A stretch of 63,625 nt of DNA from positions 1 through 63,625 of the forward strand of contig MCFE01000517.1 of NCBI GenBank assembly GCA_002104905.1. The letters run 5' to 3'. Source of the DNA: Basidiobolus meristosporus CBS 931.73 (Eukaryota > Fungi > Basidiobolomycota). The translations under genes and the position numbers were made by a program. Positions 63,134 through 63,625 of this stretch are shown here, piece after piece; the stretch's first letter is position 1; each line of letters starts with the position of its first letter. The notes beneath the pieces are model-generated. The model made no database searches and had not been told where the DNA came from. It saw only the letters and a list, made by a program, of their open reading frames with translations.

Positions 63134-63625
63134 ATGTCTACTACTGCTATTTCTGGAATTTTTCCCTCTGCTGAAAAGTTGGATGGATCTAACTACCAAG
63201 TGTGGAAGGTGAAGATGAAGATGCTGCTGCAAGAAAGAGGCCTTTGGGATATTGTCATGGGAGAAGAATGCCCTCCTAAAAACGTGGGAGAGGAAGCCTT
63301 AAAGTACCAGAAGAAAGAACAAAGTGCCTTTAACTGCATTTGCCTTAATGTCAAGGACAAATTGCTAATTCAATGCTCAAGAGCAAAAACGGCAAAGAAT
63401 GCCTGGAAGGCATTAGAAGACACCTACCAGTCATGTTCAGCTGCCAAGAAAATGTATCTGAGAAGAAAATTCTTTACTACAAAGATGCTGCCAGGAGAAG
63501 AAATGAAAAATCTAGTTAACAGAATTACCCTGCTGGTAGATGAGATGGAATCTGTGGGCGTACCAACTACTGATGAGGATGTGATAGTTACCATCCTGAA
63601 TAGCCTGACAGACGAGTTTCAGGGC
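63134..63625 (+). CDS. gag: Copia-1 gag N-terminus, open to the window edge
   Basis: MSTTAISGIFPSAEKLDGSNYQVW...LNSLTDEFQG, 164 codons with no stop. Absent from the ORF track because it is incomplete. Confidence 0.93.
   Translation, partial: MSTTAISGIFPSAEKLDGSNYQVWKVKMKMLLQERGLWDIVMGEECPPKNVGEEALKYQKKEQSAFNCICLNVKDKLLIQCSRAKTAKNAWKALEDTYQSCSAAKKMYLRRKFFTTKMLPGEEMKNLVNRITLLVDEMESVGVPTTDEDVIVTILNSLTDEFQG

Overview
Eukaryotic transposon nest, probably fungal (inferred from the yeast-type GGTTATGAGCCC half-tRNA primer site). I found no intact host gene, RNA gene or CRISPR array, and the sequence is strongly CpG-depleted. Almost every base can be assigned to one of five element classes. (1) Copia family 1: 349-351 bp LTRs with TGTTGTAA...TTACAACA ends; two full-length copies with exact 5-bp target-site duplications (TSDs), a solo LTR, a young copy running off the right edge, and many decayed pieces. 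(2) Copia family 2: 369 bp LTRs; one near-intact copy. (3) Ty3/Gypsy remnants, including an internally deleted mini-element and a 1070-bp solo LTR, both with 4-bp TSDs. (4) A CACTA/CMC-type DNA transposon with CCCTATGA termini, a 3-bp TSD, a tnp2-type transposase and a divergent second gene, present as many nested fragments. (5) A family with GACTTGTTC termini and an unusual 5-bp TANTA-like TSD. It comprises a 4.6-kb putative autonomous copy (IS5/Harbinger-like DDE transposase plus a divergent partner ORF), an older inverted copy, a 209-bp MITE and a 710-bp foldback element. Family 5 is the best candidate for an undescribed system; the next best is a captured membrane-protein coding fragment inside a CACTA copy. 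All alignments and counts were done by eye.
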